NCBI GenBank assembly: GCA_023264495.1
Contig: JAHFMM010000004.1
Span: forward strand, 1 to 35,083
From: a bacterium
GTDB taxonomy: Bacteria > Patescibacteriota > Minisyncoccia > Phycocordibacterales > Phycocordibacteraceae
Direction of reading: 5' to 3'
DNA length: 35,083 nucleotides
Positions 22,140 to 30,298 of the stretch are shown one piece after another. The notes below the pieces were generated by a model. It saw only the letters and a program-made list of their open reading frames with translations, did not search any database and was not told the origin of the DNA. Within the stretch, counting starts at the first letter, position 1. Each line of letters starts with the position of its first letter. Both the position numbers and the translations under genes were made by a program.

Positions 22140-23153
22140 TCAAACTACCCCGACCGCATGGCGGACGCGCTCCATCTTGGCCTCGCTTAGTGTGCGCGCC
22201 TCCTGCTTCCCTCTCGCGAGAACATCGTCAACGATGCTGAAATCATTTTTGAGCTCGTCATACTTCGCGCGAATCGATGCGAAATAGCTATCAAGATCTT
22301 CAATCAGAAGTTCTTTGAGCATTTTGTAATTGCCTGCATGCTCGGCGTAGATCGTCTCGAGTTCTTCTTTACTCCGAACGAGCGCATGGATGGCGTAGAC
22401 GTTCTTTGGTGGTGGACATCCGATGTCCACGGCTGCCGTGGACATCGGATGTCCACCAGAGTCGGTAACGACGCTCATCACTCGTTTCGCGAGCTCATCA
22501 CGAGAAGCAAAGAGCGGGATGACATTCCCGTAGCTCTTGCTCATCTTCTGTCCATCGATACCGGGGACAGTCGCGACCTCGGGCATGATATAGGGCTCAG
22601 GGAGCGAGAATATATCTTCTTTAAAGATGCGGTTGAACTTCTCTGCGATGTCGCGGGCGATCTCAATATGTTGCTTCTGATCCTGCCCGACTGGCACGAT
22701 CGCCGCATCATAGAGGAGGATGTCAGCGGCCATGAGCATCGGATAGTTGAAAGTGCCGACATTGATTTCTTTGTTCTTCGCCTCAGCATCTTTGAAGGCG
22801 TGCGCACGCATGAGATACGGCATCGTCGTAATAGTGTCGAAGATCCAACAGAGTTCGGTATGCGCGGGCACATCTGACTGCTTGAAGAAAGTTACTTCTG
22901 CCGGGTCGAGACCAATGGCGAGATAGGCCATCACGATCTCGCGCGTGCGGCGGCGCATCTCGTCGGCATCCTGCATCGAGTTCAGTGCGTGGTAATCGGC
23001 GACGAAGATGAATGGGCGGTACTTCCCTTCGCGGGCGAGTTCCACGAATTGGCGCATCGCGCCGAAATAGTTGCCGATATGGAGGTCTCCGGTCGGTTTG
23101 ATCGCGGAGACGAGGACGGGTTTCTGAGTCATGCTCTTAGCATAGCAAATCAT
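22140..23153 (-). CDS. trpS: tryptophan--tRNA ligase
   Basis: KPTGDLHIGNYFGA (HIGH), VPVGQDQKQHIEIARD, KMSKS. An alternative start is ATG 23132 (MTQKPVLV). Confidence 0.9.
   Translation of the reverse strand: MICYAKSMTQKPVLVSAIKPTGDLHIGNYFGAMRQFVELAREGKYRPFIFVADYHALNSMQDADEMRRRTREIVMAYLAIGLDPAEVTFFKQSDVPAHTELCWIFDTITTMPYLMRAHAFKDAEAKNKEINVGTFNYPMLMAADILLYDAAIVPVGQDQKQHIEIARDIAEKFNRIFKEDIFSLPEPYIMPEVATVPGIDGQKMSKSYGNVIPLFASRDELAKRVMSVVTDSGGHPMSTAAVDIGCPPPKNVYAIHALVRSKEELETIYAEHAGNYKMLKELLIEDLDSYFASIRAKYDELKNDFSIVDDVLARGKQEARTLSEAKMERVRHAVGVV
22410..22458. repeat. perfect 49-nt palindrome (24-nt arms, 1-nt centre) inside the trpS coding sequence
   Basis: tggtggacatccgatgtccacggc-t-gccgtggacatcggatgtccacca, checked pair by pair from 22410/22458 to 22433/22435; pairing breaks at 22409/22459. 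Each arm also holds a smaller hairpin (GGACAT-CCG-ATGTCC). Confidence 0.95.
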
Positions 23154-23218
23154 TCCTTCTTCTCGAAGTGCTGATAATCAGTGTTAGGTGACCAGTGTCC
23201 GCCTCATCTGCTACGACC

Positions 23219-24496
23219 TTATGCTCGAGCGAGCCACTTCGGCTCTTGGCGGACAAGGAGCTTCGCATCGGCAGGATGTGCAAGAAGCGCCTTGACGACA
23301 TGTTCAGTGCGAACCGATTGCGACCCCTTCACTAACACGACATCCCCAGAGCGCACCATAGCAGCCAGTTCGCGAGCGGCATCCTGAGCAGTATCAAAGA
23401 CCATCACCTCTGCGGTACCGGGTGCGGCAGCGAAAGCTCGAGCGCGAACGCCGATAGCAACAACAAGATCGGCTGCATCGCGCGCGAGAGCGCCGATGCG
23501 CTCATGCTCGACAACCGAATACCTGCCGAGTTCAAGCATGTCGCCGAGAACGGCAATGCGCCGCGCCGCCTGCGGGAACGCCTTCAAGGTCTTAAGCGCG
23601 CACTCAACCGCGACAGGCGATGCATTGTATGAATCATCGATGATGATCGAGTCGTTCTTCCCTCTCAGAAGCCGCCCGCGGCCCGGTGGCGGTTCATACT
23701 CATCATGGAGCGCCTCCAGCGCTTCCGAGAGCGATATGCCGAATGCCCGCCCTGCAGCGATCGCGGCGGCGGCCGGAGCGATCTGTATCTCGCCGACTGA
23801 GCCCTGGATCACTATCTTTCCTCGTGCCTCTGCGATCGAGACGTCAGCTTGCATCCCGATCACCTTCCCTTCTGCCAGGGCGTGCGTGATATGGCTCACA
23901 CGCACCTGCGCAGACGCATTCGTGCCATATGCTATGACCTGCGCCGGAGTGCGCGCCGCATTCGCGAGCGCGCAGGGGTTGTCGGCAGAGACGATAAGCG
24001 GCGCGGCGGCGGGAAGCGCATGAGCCGGCGAGAACTCCTCCTCCCACACCGCCTCAGGCGAGGTATACGCCTCCACATGCACCGGGACTTCGGGAAGACA
24101 GGTTACCACGACCGCATCCGGCTTTGCGATGCGCATGATGCGCGCGATGTCTCCAGGACGATCGGCGCCGACCTCAAGCACCAGCATGTTCGGATACTGA
24201 TTCGGCAAGATAAGGAGAGCGAGCGCTTTCTTCAAGAGCACGCCCCAAGCAAGCGCATCATCCCACGGATTACTCACGTCAAAGATGGTAAAAGGGACGC
24301 CGAATTCGCTATTGAAACTCTTCTCGCTCTTGCGGACAAAATAGCGCGAGGCGAGCACCACCGCGACCGCATCTTTCGTAGACGTCTTCCCGACCGACCC
24401 TGTTATCATCACGACATGCGGATGATATCGCCGCACGACTGCTCGTGCAAAGATCCCGAGAAAGAACGTAACGATGTGTTTCAGATATTTTTTCAT
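23219..24496 (-). CDS. murF: UDP-MurNAc-tripeptide--D-Ala-D-Ala ligase (MurF-type Mur ligase)
   Basis: ITGSVGKTSTKD P-loop followed by SFNSEFGVPFTIF (MurF-like NxNNxxGVPLT), plus dcw position after ftsI. The N-terminus is short and hydrophobic instead of the usual N-domain. Confidence 0.75.
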   Translation of the reverse strand: MKKYLKHIVTFFLGIFARAVVRRYHPHVVMITGSVGKTSTKDAVAVVLASRYFVRKSEKSFNSEFGVPFTIFDVSNPWDDALAWGVLLKKALALLILPNQYPNMLVLEVGADRPGDIARIMRIAKPDAVVVTCLPEVPVHVEAYTSPEAVWEEEFSPAHALPAAAPLIVSADNPCALANAARTPAQVIAYGTNASAQVRVSHITHALAEGKVIGMQADVSIAEARGKIVIQGSVGEIQIAPAAAAIAAGRAFGISLSEALEALHDEYEPPPGRGRLLRGKNDSIIIDDSYNASPVAVECALKTLKAFPQAARRIAVLGDMLELGRYSVVEHERIGALARDAADLVVAIGVRARAFAAAPGTAEVMVFDTAQDAARELAAMVRSGDVVLVKGSQSVRTEHVVKALLAHPADAKLLVRQEPKWLARA

Positions 24497-26238
24497 ACGC
24501 TCAGCACGGTCGTCTGCGCAGGCACGCCGCGATCAGGCGGTATCTGGTAATAATCGATTAAGAAGTGCGTGAGGTCAAGGAACGTGTTCCCCAGCGTGTC
24601 GGACGCATAGGTCACATGCTTCGGATCGTTGGTGTAGAGCAGGATGATGAAGCGTGGATTATATGCGGGGAAGAATCCTACGAATGAGTGAAAGAATCGA
24701 TCGGTATAGTAGCCACCATGCCCGTCGGTGAGCTGAGCCGTGCCCGTCTTTGCGGCAACCGACATGGTTGGGATGATCGCCTTCCCATTCTGAAGTTTCT
24801 CATCGACCACGCCCACCATCATCTGCGTTGTCTGCCGTGCGGCAGCTGTTGAGAAGACCGGCGTGGTCGAACTCCAGTCAAAGGCCCGCTCGATGCCTGA
24901 ATCGAGCCTGACAGCGCTTACGAGGTGTGGCTCGACCATGACGCCGCCGTTGGCGATAGCTCCCTCGGCGCGGATCATCTGCAGCGGCGTCACAGCGATC
25001 CCTTGCCCGTATGATGCCGTATCATAGCCAACCTGTTGCGGCTTCGAGAGATTGCTCATGAGCGATCGCCCTTCGAGCGGCAGGTCGATGCCGGTCTTCT
25101 GACCGAAGAGTTCCGTGAAATATTCGCGGAACTTCTCTTGGCCCAGCTGCGTAGCGACCCATGAGGCGCCGACATTGAGCGACTGGAGGATGATCTGCTT
25201 CATAGGGATGACGCCGCGCGCCTTAAGATCCCAATTGCAGATCTTTGCAGTCGAGACCGTGATGCATCCCGTGTCAGTATAGGTTGTGTCCGGAGTGATC
25301 ACGCCCGCATCAAGCCCTGAGGTCATGGTAAGCGGCTTCATGATCGAGCCGAATTCATGCACATGTTCTACGAGCGGATTACTGAGCAGCGCAGGATTGA
25401 TGTCTTGCAGGCTGTTGACGTCGTAGGTTGGATAATTCGCGAGCGCAAAGATCGCGCCGGTCGCCGGATCCATGATGATGCCGCCTGATTCCGTGCTCGA
25501 GTATTGCTGATTCACCTTTGCAAGATCATTCGCGAGTCGCGTCTCCACTTCTGGCTCGATAGTGGTAACGATGTCTCCCTCTCGAGCGTCATTCACATGT
25601 ACCAGCAGATTGCCGATGTTTGAGAATAGCTCGGCAAAGAAATTCCGATAGAGCGAGTCGCCCGAGCGCGTCAGCACATCATCATACTGCGCCTCGAGAC
25701 CTGTCTGCCCGACCAGAGTGTCACCCGACCCGTAAGAGACGATCCCGATTGATTGTGCAGCGAGATTATTCCCCGGATAGTAGCGCCAGCGCTCCCGCAG
25801 CACCTGGACACCAGGGAGGCCGAGCGCCGCGAGCGCTTGCCCGATTGCTTCCGGCAGATGGTGTGCGACTTCGACATAGACCTGGCTCTTCTTCGCTGCG
25901 GCGGCGAAGAATGCTTCTCGCGACACGGTTGTCGATGCGACAGCGGCAAGAGCGTCGTAGGCACCTTGCGGGTCGGTAAGCAATTGCGGATTAATCGCGA
26001 CTAAGAAGCCGGTCGCGAGTGTTGCGGCCGAGATGAGATTCCCGTTCTTATCGGTAAAGTAGATCGCGCCTCGGTCAAAGAGCCCGGTCGATCCAGAAGC
26101 AAATTGCCTATCGGCCTTCAGCGCGTATTCATCGCCATGCACAATCTGCACGAAATAAAGCCGCACAAGAATGAGGAGTGCGAGCGCAATAACGCACGCG
26201 AGGATAACACGAATGCGAAAACGGAATTGTGAACGCAT
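24493..26238 (-). CDS. ftsI: class B penicillin-binding protein (division transpeptidase)
   Basis: N-terminal TM segment; SxxK (GSIMKPLT), SxN (QSLNVG), KTG (AKTGTA); position between the ftsL-like gene and murF. Confidence 0.85.
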   Translation of the reverse strand: MRSQFRFRIRVILACVIALALLILVRLYFVQIVHGDEYALKADRQFASGSTGLFDRGAIYFTDKNGNLISAATLATGFLVAINPQLLTDPQGAYDALAAVASTTVSREAFFAAAAKKSQVYVEVAHHLPEAIGQALAALGLPGVQVLRERWRYYPGNNLAAQSIGIVSYGSGDTLVGQTGLEAQYDDVLTRSGDSLYRNFFAELFSNIGNLLVHVNDAREGDIVTTIEPEVETRLANDLAKVNQQYSSTESGGIIMDPATGAIFALANYPTYDVNSLQDINPALLSNPLVEHVHEFGSIMKPLTMTSGLDAGVITPDTTYTDTGCITVSTAKICNWDLKARGVIPMKQIILQSLNVGASWVATQLGQEKFREYFTELFGQKTGIDLPLEGRSLMSNLSKPQQVGYDTASYGQGIAVTPLQMIRAEGAIANGGVMVEPHLVSAVRLDSGIERAFDWSSTTPVFSTAAARQTTQMMVGVVDEKLQNGKAIIPTMSVAAKTGTAQLTDGHGGYYTDRFFHSFVGFFPAYNPRFIILLYTNDPKHVTYASDTLGNTFLDLTHFLIDYYQIPPDRGVPAQTTVLSV

Positions 26239-26246
26239 ACGGTCTC

Positions 26247-26534
26247 TTATCGCAAGGCGGTTCCGCTCGTTGTCGGGACAAATATCCTCGTTGTCGGCTT
26301 TGCGTACCCGAGCATGCGATAGTCGGATGTTTGGATGCGGGCAATTTGTGCAAGATACGTCGATTCGAGAACGGCGACCGCCGCCTCATCATTCTTCACT
26401 GACTGCGCGTACTCCATCGTCAGCACCGCATAACTCATCACGACCGCGATGAGTCCGATATACACGACGGCGAGCAGCGTCACGGCGCCGAAACTGAGCG
26501 AGAGGACAGAAAGATGTTGATTGAAGAGACGCAT
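26247..26534 (-). CDS. small bitopic membrane protein, FtsL-like by position (95 aa)
   Basis: Taken from internal ATG 26534 (MRLFNQHLSVLSLSFGAVTLLAVVYIGLIAVVM...), 1 nt after the rsmH stop. Single TM plus short periplasmic helix. The longer ORF-track version overlaps rsmH. Confidence 0.5.
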   Translation of the reverse strand: MRLFNQHLSVLSLSFGAVTLLAVVYIGLIAVVMSYAVLTMEYAQSVKNDEAAVAVLESTYLAQIARIQTSDYRMLGYAKPTTRIFVPTTSGTALR

Positions 26535-26535
26535 A

Positions 26536-27507
26536 CTATGTGGAATATACGAAGCCGTCAGACGGTACTGCTTCTGCCAGAGGTGTCGAGGCGGCACGTT
26601 CGAATACCCGCAGTTTCGCGCTCCGCGCCCGGCGATTCGCAAGTATCTCGGCGCGGGAAGGAATCAGGGGCTTCTTCGAAACAGTCCCGCCGCCATTCTC
26701 GGCGGCTTCGCGCAACGCATGCTTCACTGCTCTATCTTCGATGCTGTGGAATGAGATGATCGCTATGCGACCGCCCGGTGCGAGCGCCTGAAGCGCGGCG
26801 GCGAGCCCCTCGCGCAAACTCCCCAACTCATCGTTCGCCGCAATGCGAAGCGCCTGAAATGTCTTTGTTGCCGGATGATTCTTCTGCCCGTGATACCAGC
26901 TCGGCGTACCGGCCTTAATTGCCGCCACCAGAGCATCGGTTGTGAGAATGCGTTCATGCGCGCGCGCCGCGACAATAGCCCGAGCGATCCCGCGGGCGAA
27001 ACGCTCTTCACCATACGTATGAATGATGCCGGCAAGCTCTTCTTCGCTGGCACTGTTCACGATATCGGCGGCAGTCTCTCCGCTCTCGCCATACGTCATC
27101 AAGAGCGGTTCGCTCCCCTGGAAGGAGAATCCGCGCGGTGCGGCGATCTGATACCCGCTCCACCCAAGATCAAAAAGGATCGCATCAATCTGTCCTATGC
27201 CGAGACGTTCGAGGATGCGGGTGAGATTACGGAAATTGTCATTCACAATATGCGCTGTCGGCCGTTCATGACGGCGATCGAGCGCATACACCGTTCGGGC
27301 GCGTTCGACTGCTTCTGCGTCAGCATCAATTCCGACAATAACGCCTCCTGTTCCGAGCATCGCAAGCATCTTGCTAAAATGCCCGGCACCGCCAAGCGTA
27401 GCATCGACAACGATGTCGTTCGGCGTGAGAGCGAGCGCTTCAAGCGCTTCGCTCACGAGGACGCTGTCGTGATGCGCTTCCACTTGTGGTGAGCTAGATC
27501 GAATCAT
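26536..27507 (-). CDS. rsmH: 16S rRNA (cytosine1402-N4)-methyltransferase
   Basis: HDSVLVSEALEAL...VVDATLGGAGH SAM-binding signature. Start candidates are 27507 (MIRSS, 1 nt after the mraZ TGA; chosen), 27516 and 27543 (ORF track, 35-nt overlap with mraZ). Confidence 0.85.
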   Translation of the reverse strand: MIRSSSPQVEAHHDSVLVSEALEALALTPNDIVVDATLGGAGHFSKMLAMLGTGGVIVGIDADAEAVERARTVYALDRRHERPTAHIVNDNFRNLTRILERLGIGQIDAILFDLGWSGYQIAAPRGFSFQGSEPLLMTYGESGETAADIVNSASEEELAGIIHTYGEERFARGIARAIVAARAHERILTTDALVAAIKAGTPSWYHGQKNHPATKTFQALRIAANDELGSLREGLAAALQALAPGGRIAIISFHSIEDRAVKHALREAAENGGGTVSKKPLIPSRAEILANRRARSAKLRVFERAASTPLAEAVPSDGFVYST

Positions 27508-27508
27508 A

Positions 27509-27931
27509 TCAGGCATCAACCTTCTCCGCGAAAAGATTGGCATCGCGTTCTATCTCGGCGGTATACGCCTTCCATGCCTCCTCCTCCCAGATCTCGACAC
27601 GATCGGCAACGCCGGCAATGATGGCTTTTTCTTTTAGTGAAGCAAATGATTTCAAATGTTCAGGGATGAGAACGCGGCCAGAACCATCTACATCGACCTC
27701 GGACGACCCTGCCAAGAAGAGGCGCGCCAGTCCGCGCCGCGCCGCGCTCCCGTTCACTTCGGCAGCATAGAGCTCTGCTTCCTTCTCCCACGCCTTGCGA
27801 GAATAGAGATACAAACAATGATCAAGGCCGCGTGTCATCACGACAACACGGCCAAGACCCTTCCGGAATTTCGACGGAATCGAGATCCTATTCTTTGTAT
27901 CAATAGTATGTAGGTATTCTCCGAGGAACAT
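27509..27931 (-). CDS. mraZ: transcriptional regulator MraZ
   Basis: MFLGEYLHTIDTKNRISIPSKFR and the second SpoVT/AbrB-like repeat GSGRVLIPEHLK; first gene of the dcw cluster. Confidence 0.92.
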   Translation of the reverse strand: MFLGEYLHTIDTKNRISIPSKFRKGLGRVVVMTRGLDHCLYLYSRKAWEKEAELYAAEVNGSAARRGLARLFLAGSSEVDVDGSGRVLIPEHLKSFASLKEKAIIAGVADRVEIWEEEAWKAYTAEIERDANLFAEKVDA

Positions 27932-27965
27932 AGCGAGGCACGGTTATCTCTTGCGGGACAGGCAA

Positions 27966-28043
27966 CCACTCCTGTATCCCACTTCAGCAACCATTCTTGG
28001 ATTATATCCCACTCTCCCCCACTACCCTATTACCGTTATCCAC
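27966..28043 (-). promoter_or_regulatory. mraZ promoter region: perfect TATAAT (minus strand, 28006..28001) flanked by phased GTGGG boxes (putative MraZ operator)
   Basis: Minus-strand GTGGG at 28022..28018, 28012..28008 and 27982..27978, plus GTGGA at 28043..28039 and GTGG at 27969..27966. Spacings are 21, 10, 30 and ~13 nt. TATAAT sits directly after the second GTGGG, ~70 nt upstream of the mraZ ATG. Confidence 0.5.
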
Positions 28044-28076
28044 AACAGCTCTCTCTTCCCCTTATTCCGAGGTGAT

Positions 28077-28105
28077 TTGACTTATTGATACAGATATAGC
28101 ATTAT
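28077..28105 (+). promoter_or_regulatory. candidate sigma70-like promoter for the plus-strand orphan gene (TTGACT, 17 nt, CATTAT)
   Basis: TTGACT at 28077..28082 and CATTAT at 28100..28105. GGGAG SD at 28153..28157 lies 6 nt before ATG 28164. Confidence 0.3.
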
Positions 28106-28163
28106 ATGCTCTGGTGCGGATGCAGCTTGTCCGCGTGTACGAAAAACTCTTAGGGAGAAACAG

Positions 28164-28676
28164 ATGAAAAGAACTATCTTTATGATCGTCTTGGGCGCAG
28201 TGTCCTTTATCGGACTTGCGATTGTCGATGTTGTTATATTATCGAACCTCAATAAGCAGAAAGTGCTTAGGGACCAGGTCGTAGCACTGGCTACTTGCGC
28301 GGCGGCAAATAATTGCCGGGTGCCGCGCAAGATGACAACCATTGCTGGTGAAAATCTCTGGTCCATCGGGATCATTACCCCCGATGGGGACGAAATTCGG
28401 TACTTTTTCGGAACCGATAAGGTGTTTCGTGTCATGATGACACCTATGGACACGAAACTGCCGATTCTCATCGAGGACACAGGGTACACCGGTGTCGTAA
28501 AGAGGGTCATCGAGACAAATCGTGAGGGGAAGATTATCGAGACAACAGCTCCAAACGAGAAAGGGTTCGGAGAACGCCTCACAAAGGCACAGCACCTGTA
28601 CTCTCTCGCTATGGGCATAGCGCAGAAAGCGGTCATTCCACAAAATAAGTCGAGTACTCAAAATATGCTCATGTGA
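28164..28676 (+). CDS. hypothetical membrane-anchored/secreted protein (170 aa)
   Basis: Only plus-strand ORF not shadowing a minus-strand gene. Good SD (GGGAGAAACAGATG). The N-terminus MKRTIFMIVLGAVSFIGLAIVDVVIL is signal-anchor-like. An intrinsic terminator follows. I recognise no family. Confidence 0.6.
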   Translation: MKRTIFMIVLGAVSFIGLAIVDVVILSNLNKQKVLRDQVVALATCAAANNCRVPRKMTTIAGENLWSIGIITPDGDEIRYFFGTDKVFRVMMTPMDTKLPILIEDTGYTGVVKRVIETNREGKIIETTAPNEKGFGERLTKAQHLYSLAMGIAQKAVIPQNKSSTQNMLM

Positions 28677-28704
28677 TCATCTATTGATCATCTTGTATTT
28701 TACA

Positions 28705-28735
28705 AGAAGTATCGAAGTCTGACTTCGATACTTCT
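28705..28735. other. perfect 14-bp hairpin with 3-nt loop (AGAAGTATCGAAGT-CTG-ACTTCGATACTTCT) in the convergent intergenic region
   Basis: Paired base by base. No U-tract on either strand, so it is not a canonical terminator on its own. Confidence 0.7.
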
Positions 28736-28739
28736 GATA

Positions 28740-28770
28740 ACGTCCGGCAGCAATGCCGGCGTCTTTTTTT
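28740..28770 (+). terminator. intrinsic terminator of the plus-strand orphan gene
   Basis: CCGGCA-GCAA-TGCCGG stem-loop, extendable with one bulge, followed by CTTTTTTTAT. Confidence 0.6.
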
Positions 28771-28779
28771 ATATACGCT

Positions 28780-30237
28780 CTATCGCGGGCGGAGGAGAGG
28801 GAAGGTTTGCCCCTCGCGGATAGAGATGCCTTCAAGGAAACTAAATAGTCGTTCTGAGACGCCGAAGCCGAAAGTCGGCGGCATGCCGTATTCGAGCGCC
28901 TCGACATAGGCGGCGTCATTCATCTGCGCCTCGTCATCGCCCGCATCGCGGAGCGCTTGCTGGTGCTTGAAGCGTTCGGCCTGATCGATCGGGTCATTAA
29001 GCTCGCTAAAGCCCTTCCCGACCTCTGAACCAGCGATGATGACTTGGAAGCGCTCGACAACACGCGGATCCTTCGCACTGCGTTTCGCAAGCGGTTCGAG
29101 GTAAGCGGGAACGCCGATGAGGAAGCCGGGGCCGGCAAGCGTCTTCCTGATCTGCTTCCAGAGCGTGTCGACGCCGCGTTCGAGATTGAATCCTTCGGTC
29201 TCAAAGACAATCGAGCGGCTCTCGAGCACTCCCCGCACCGCATCGGCAGTAGTATCGAGCGGATCAATGCCAAACTCTTTCTTGATGAGCGCGCCGTAGT
29301 CGTAACGCTCCCACTCCCTCCCCAGGTCGACTTTGTGATCGCGTATCGTGAATTCGCGCGTGCCATACACCTCGTCAGCAATCTTCCGATACAGGTCGGT
29401 AATCATCGTCATGCCGTCTTCATAATCGCGGAAGGCTTCATAGAACTCGACTTGGGTGTAGTCTTGGAGATGCTCGAATGACATGCCCTCATTGCGGAAT
29501 ATGCGTCCTATCTCAAAGACTTTCGGCAACCCTGCCACCATAAGCCGCTTCTGCCAGAGCTCGCCTGCAGAGATGCGCAGATATACATCGATATCGAGCG
29601 CATTATGATGCGTTACAAAAGGGCGCGCATCGGCGCCGCCGGTTGTCGTCTCAAAGACGGGCGTCTCGACCTCGACATACTCGCGATCGAGCAGATATTG
29701 CCGGATAGTATTCCAAAATAATGATTTACGGCGGATCCGATCAGCGAGATCCTTTGAGAGAAGGATATCGAGATACCGCTTGCGGTAGCGCTCCTCTTCA
29801 TCCTTGATGCCGAACCACTCATCCGGTATCGGCATGAGCGACTTCGTGAGCATGCGCCACGAAGCGACCAGGAGCGAGGGCATACCCCGCTTCGTTATGA
29901 AGGCGGTACCCGAGCACTCGATGATATCGCCCACATCAACCACCTCGACAAACGAGTTATACCGCTCCTCGCCCATGCCGTCTTTCTGCAGGTAATCCTG
30001 CACGCGGTCGGTACCATCGAAGATGTCGACGAAGAGCGAGCCGCCATGTTCGCGCAGAGACATCGCGCGCCCGGCAAGCGTCACGACCTCATGATTCGCC
30101 TCAAGAGTCGCGTGGCTCTCGAGGAAGAGCTTATTGGTGTGCGTACGCGCCGTGCGTACCGGGAACGGATCAAGCCCGAGCTCCCGCAACCGCGCAAGCT
30201 TAGCAAGGCGTTCCTTCCGAATATCTTCGAGTGCCAT
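28780..30237 (-). CDS. lysS: lysine--tRNA ligase, class II
   Basis: N-terminal OB-fold region, IGRIFRNEGMSFEHLQDYTQVEFYEAF (motif 2 region), C-terminal YGMPPTFGFGVSERL (motif 3). Confidence 0.9.
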   Translation of the reverse strand: MALEDIRKERLAKLARLRELGLDPFPVRTARTHTNKLFLESHATLEANHEVVTLAGRAMSLREHGGSLFVDIFDGTDRVQDYLQKDGMGEERYNSFVEVVDVGDIIECSGTAFITKRGMPSLLVASWRMLTKSLMPIPDEWFGIKDEEERYRKRYLDILLSKDLADRIRRKSLFWNTIRQYLLDREYVEVETPVFETTTGGADARPFVTHHNALDIDVYLRISAGELWQKRLMVAGLPKVFEIGRIFRNEGMSFEHLQDYTQVEFYEAFRDYEDGMTMITDLYRKIADEVYGTREFTIRDHKVDLGREWERYDYGALIKKEFGIDPLDTTADAVRGVLESRSIVFETEGFNLERGVDTLWKQIRKTLAGPGFLIGVPAYLEPLAKRSAKDPRVVERFQVIIAGSEVGKGFSELNDPIDQAERFKHQQALRDAGDDEAQMNDAAYVEALEYGMPPTFGFGVSERLFSFLEGISIREGQTFPLLRPR

Positions 30238-30254
30238 TAGTAGCTACTATACCA

Positions 30255-30285
30255 GAAACCCGCCGTGCTGCGCACGGCGGGTTTC
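30255..30285 (-). terminator. 14-bp GC-rich hairpin after greA (GAAACCCGCCGTGC-loop-GCACGGCGGGTTTC); likely intrinsic terminator, symmetric A/T flanks
   Basis: Paired base by base. On the minus strand the stem is followed by TTTCTGGTAT. It lies 14 nt after the greA stop and 18 nt before the lysS ATG. Confidence 0.55.
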
Positions 30286-30298
30286 CTTTGGCTTATAG

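Noticed and set aside
23154-23218. T-box or other leader riboswitch upstream of trpS, and similarly upstream of lysS, aspS and gltX.
   Set aside because: The upstream gaps are only 0-65 nt, far too short for a T-box (~200+ nt). I saw no specifier or antiterminator-like structure, only a 5-bp CTGAT/ATCAG mini-palindrome.
26535-26642. 36-codon N-terminal extension of the FtsL-like ORF.
   Set aside because: It overlaps the rsmH 3' end and is Arg/Gly-rich shadow-frame sequence. The internal ATG at 26534 sits 1 nt after the rsmH stop and opens the TM segment.
30238-30254. TATAGT -10-like hexamer between the greA terminator and the lysS ATG, suggesting a leaderless lysS mRNA.
   Set aside because: It is a single hexamer match about 11 nt before the ATG, with no -35 element and no supporting data. 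It is too speculative to list as a feature.
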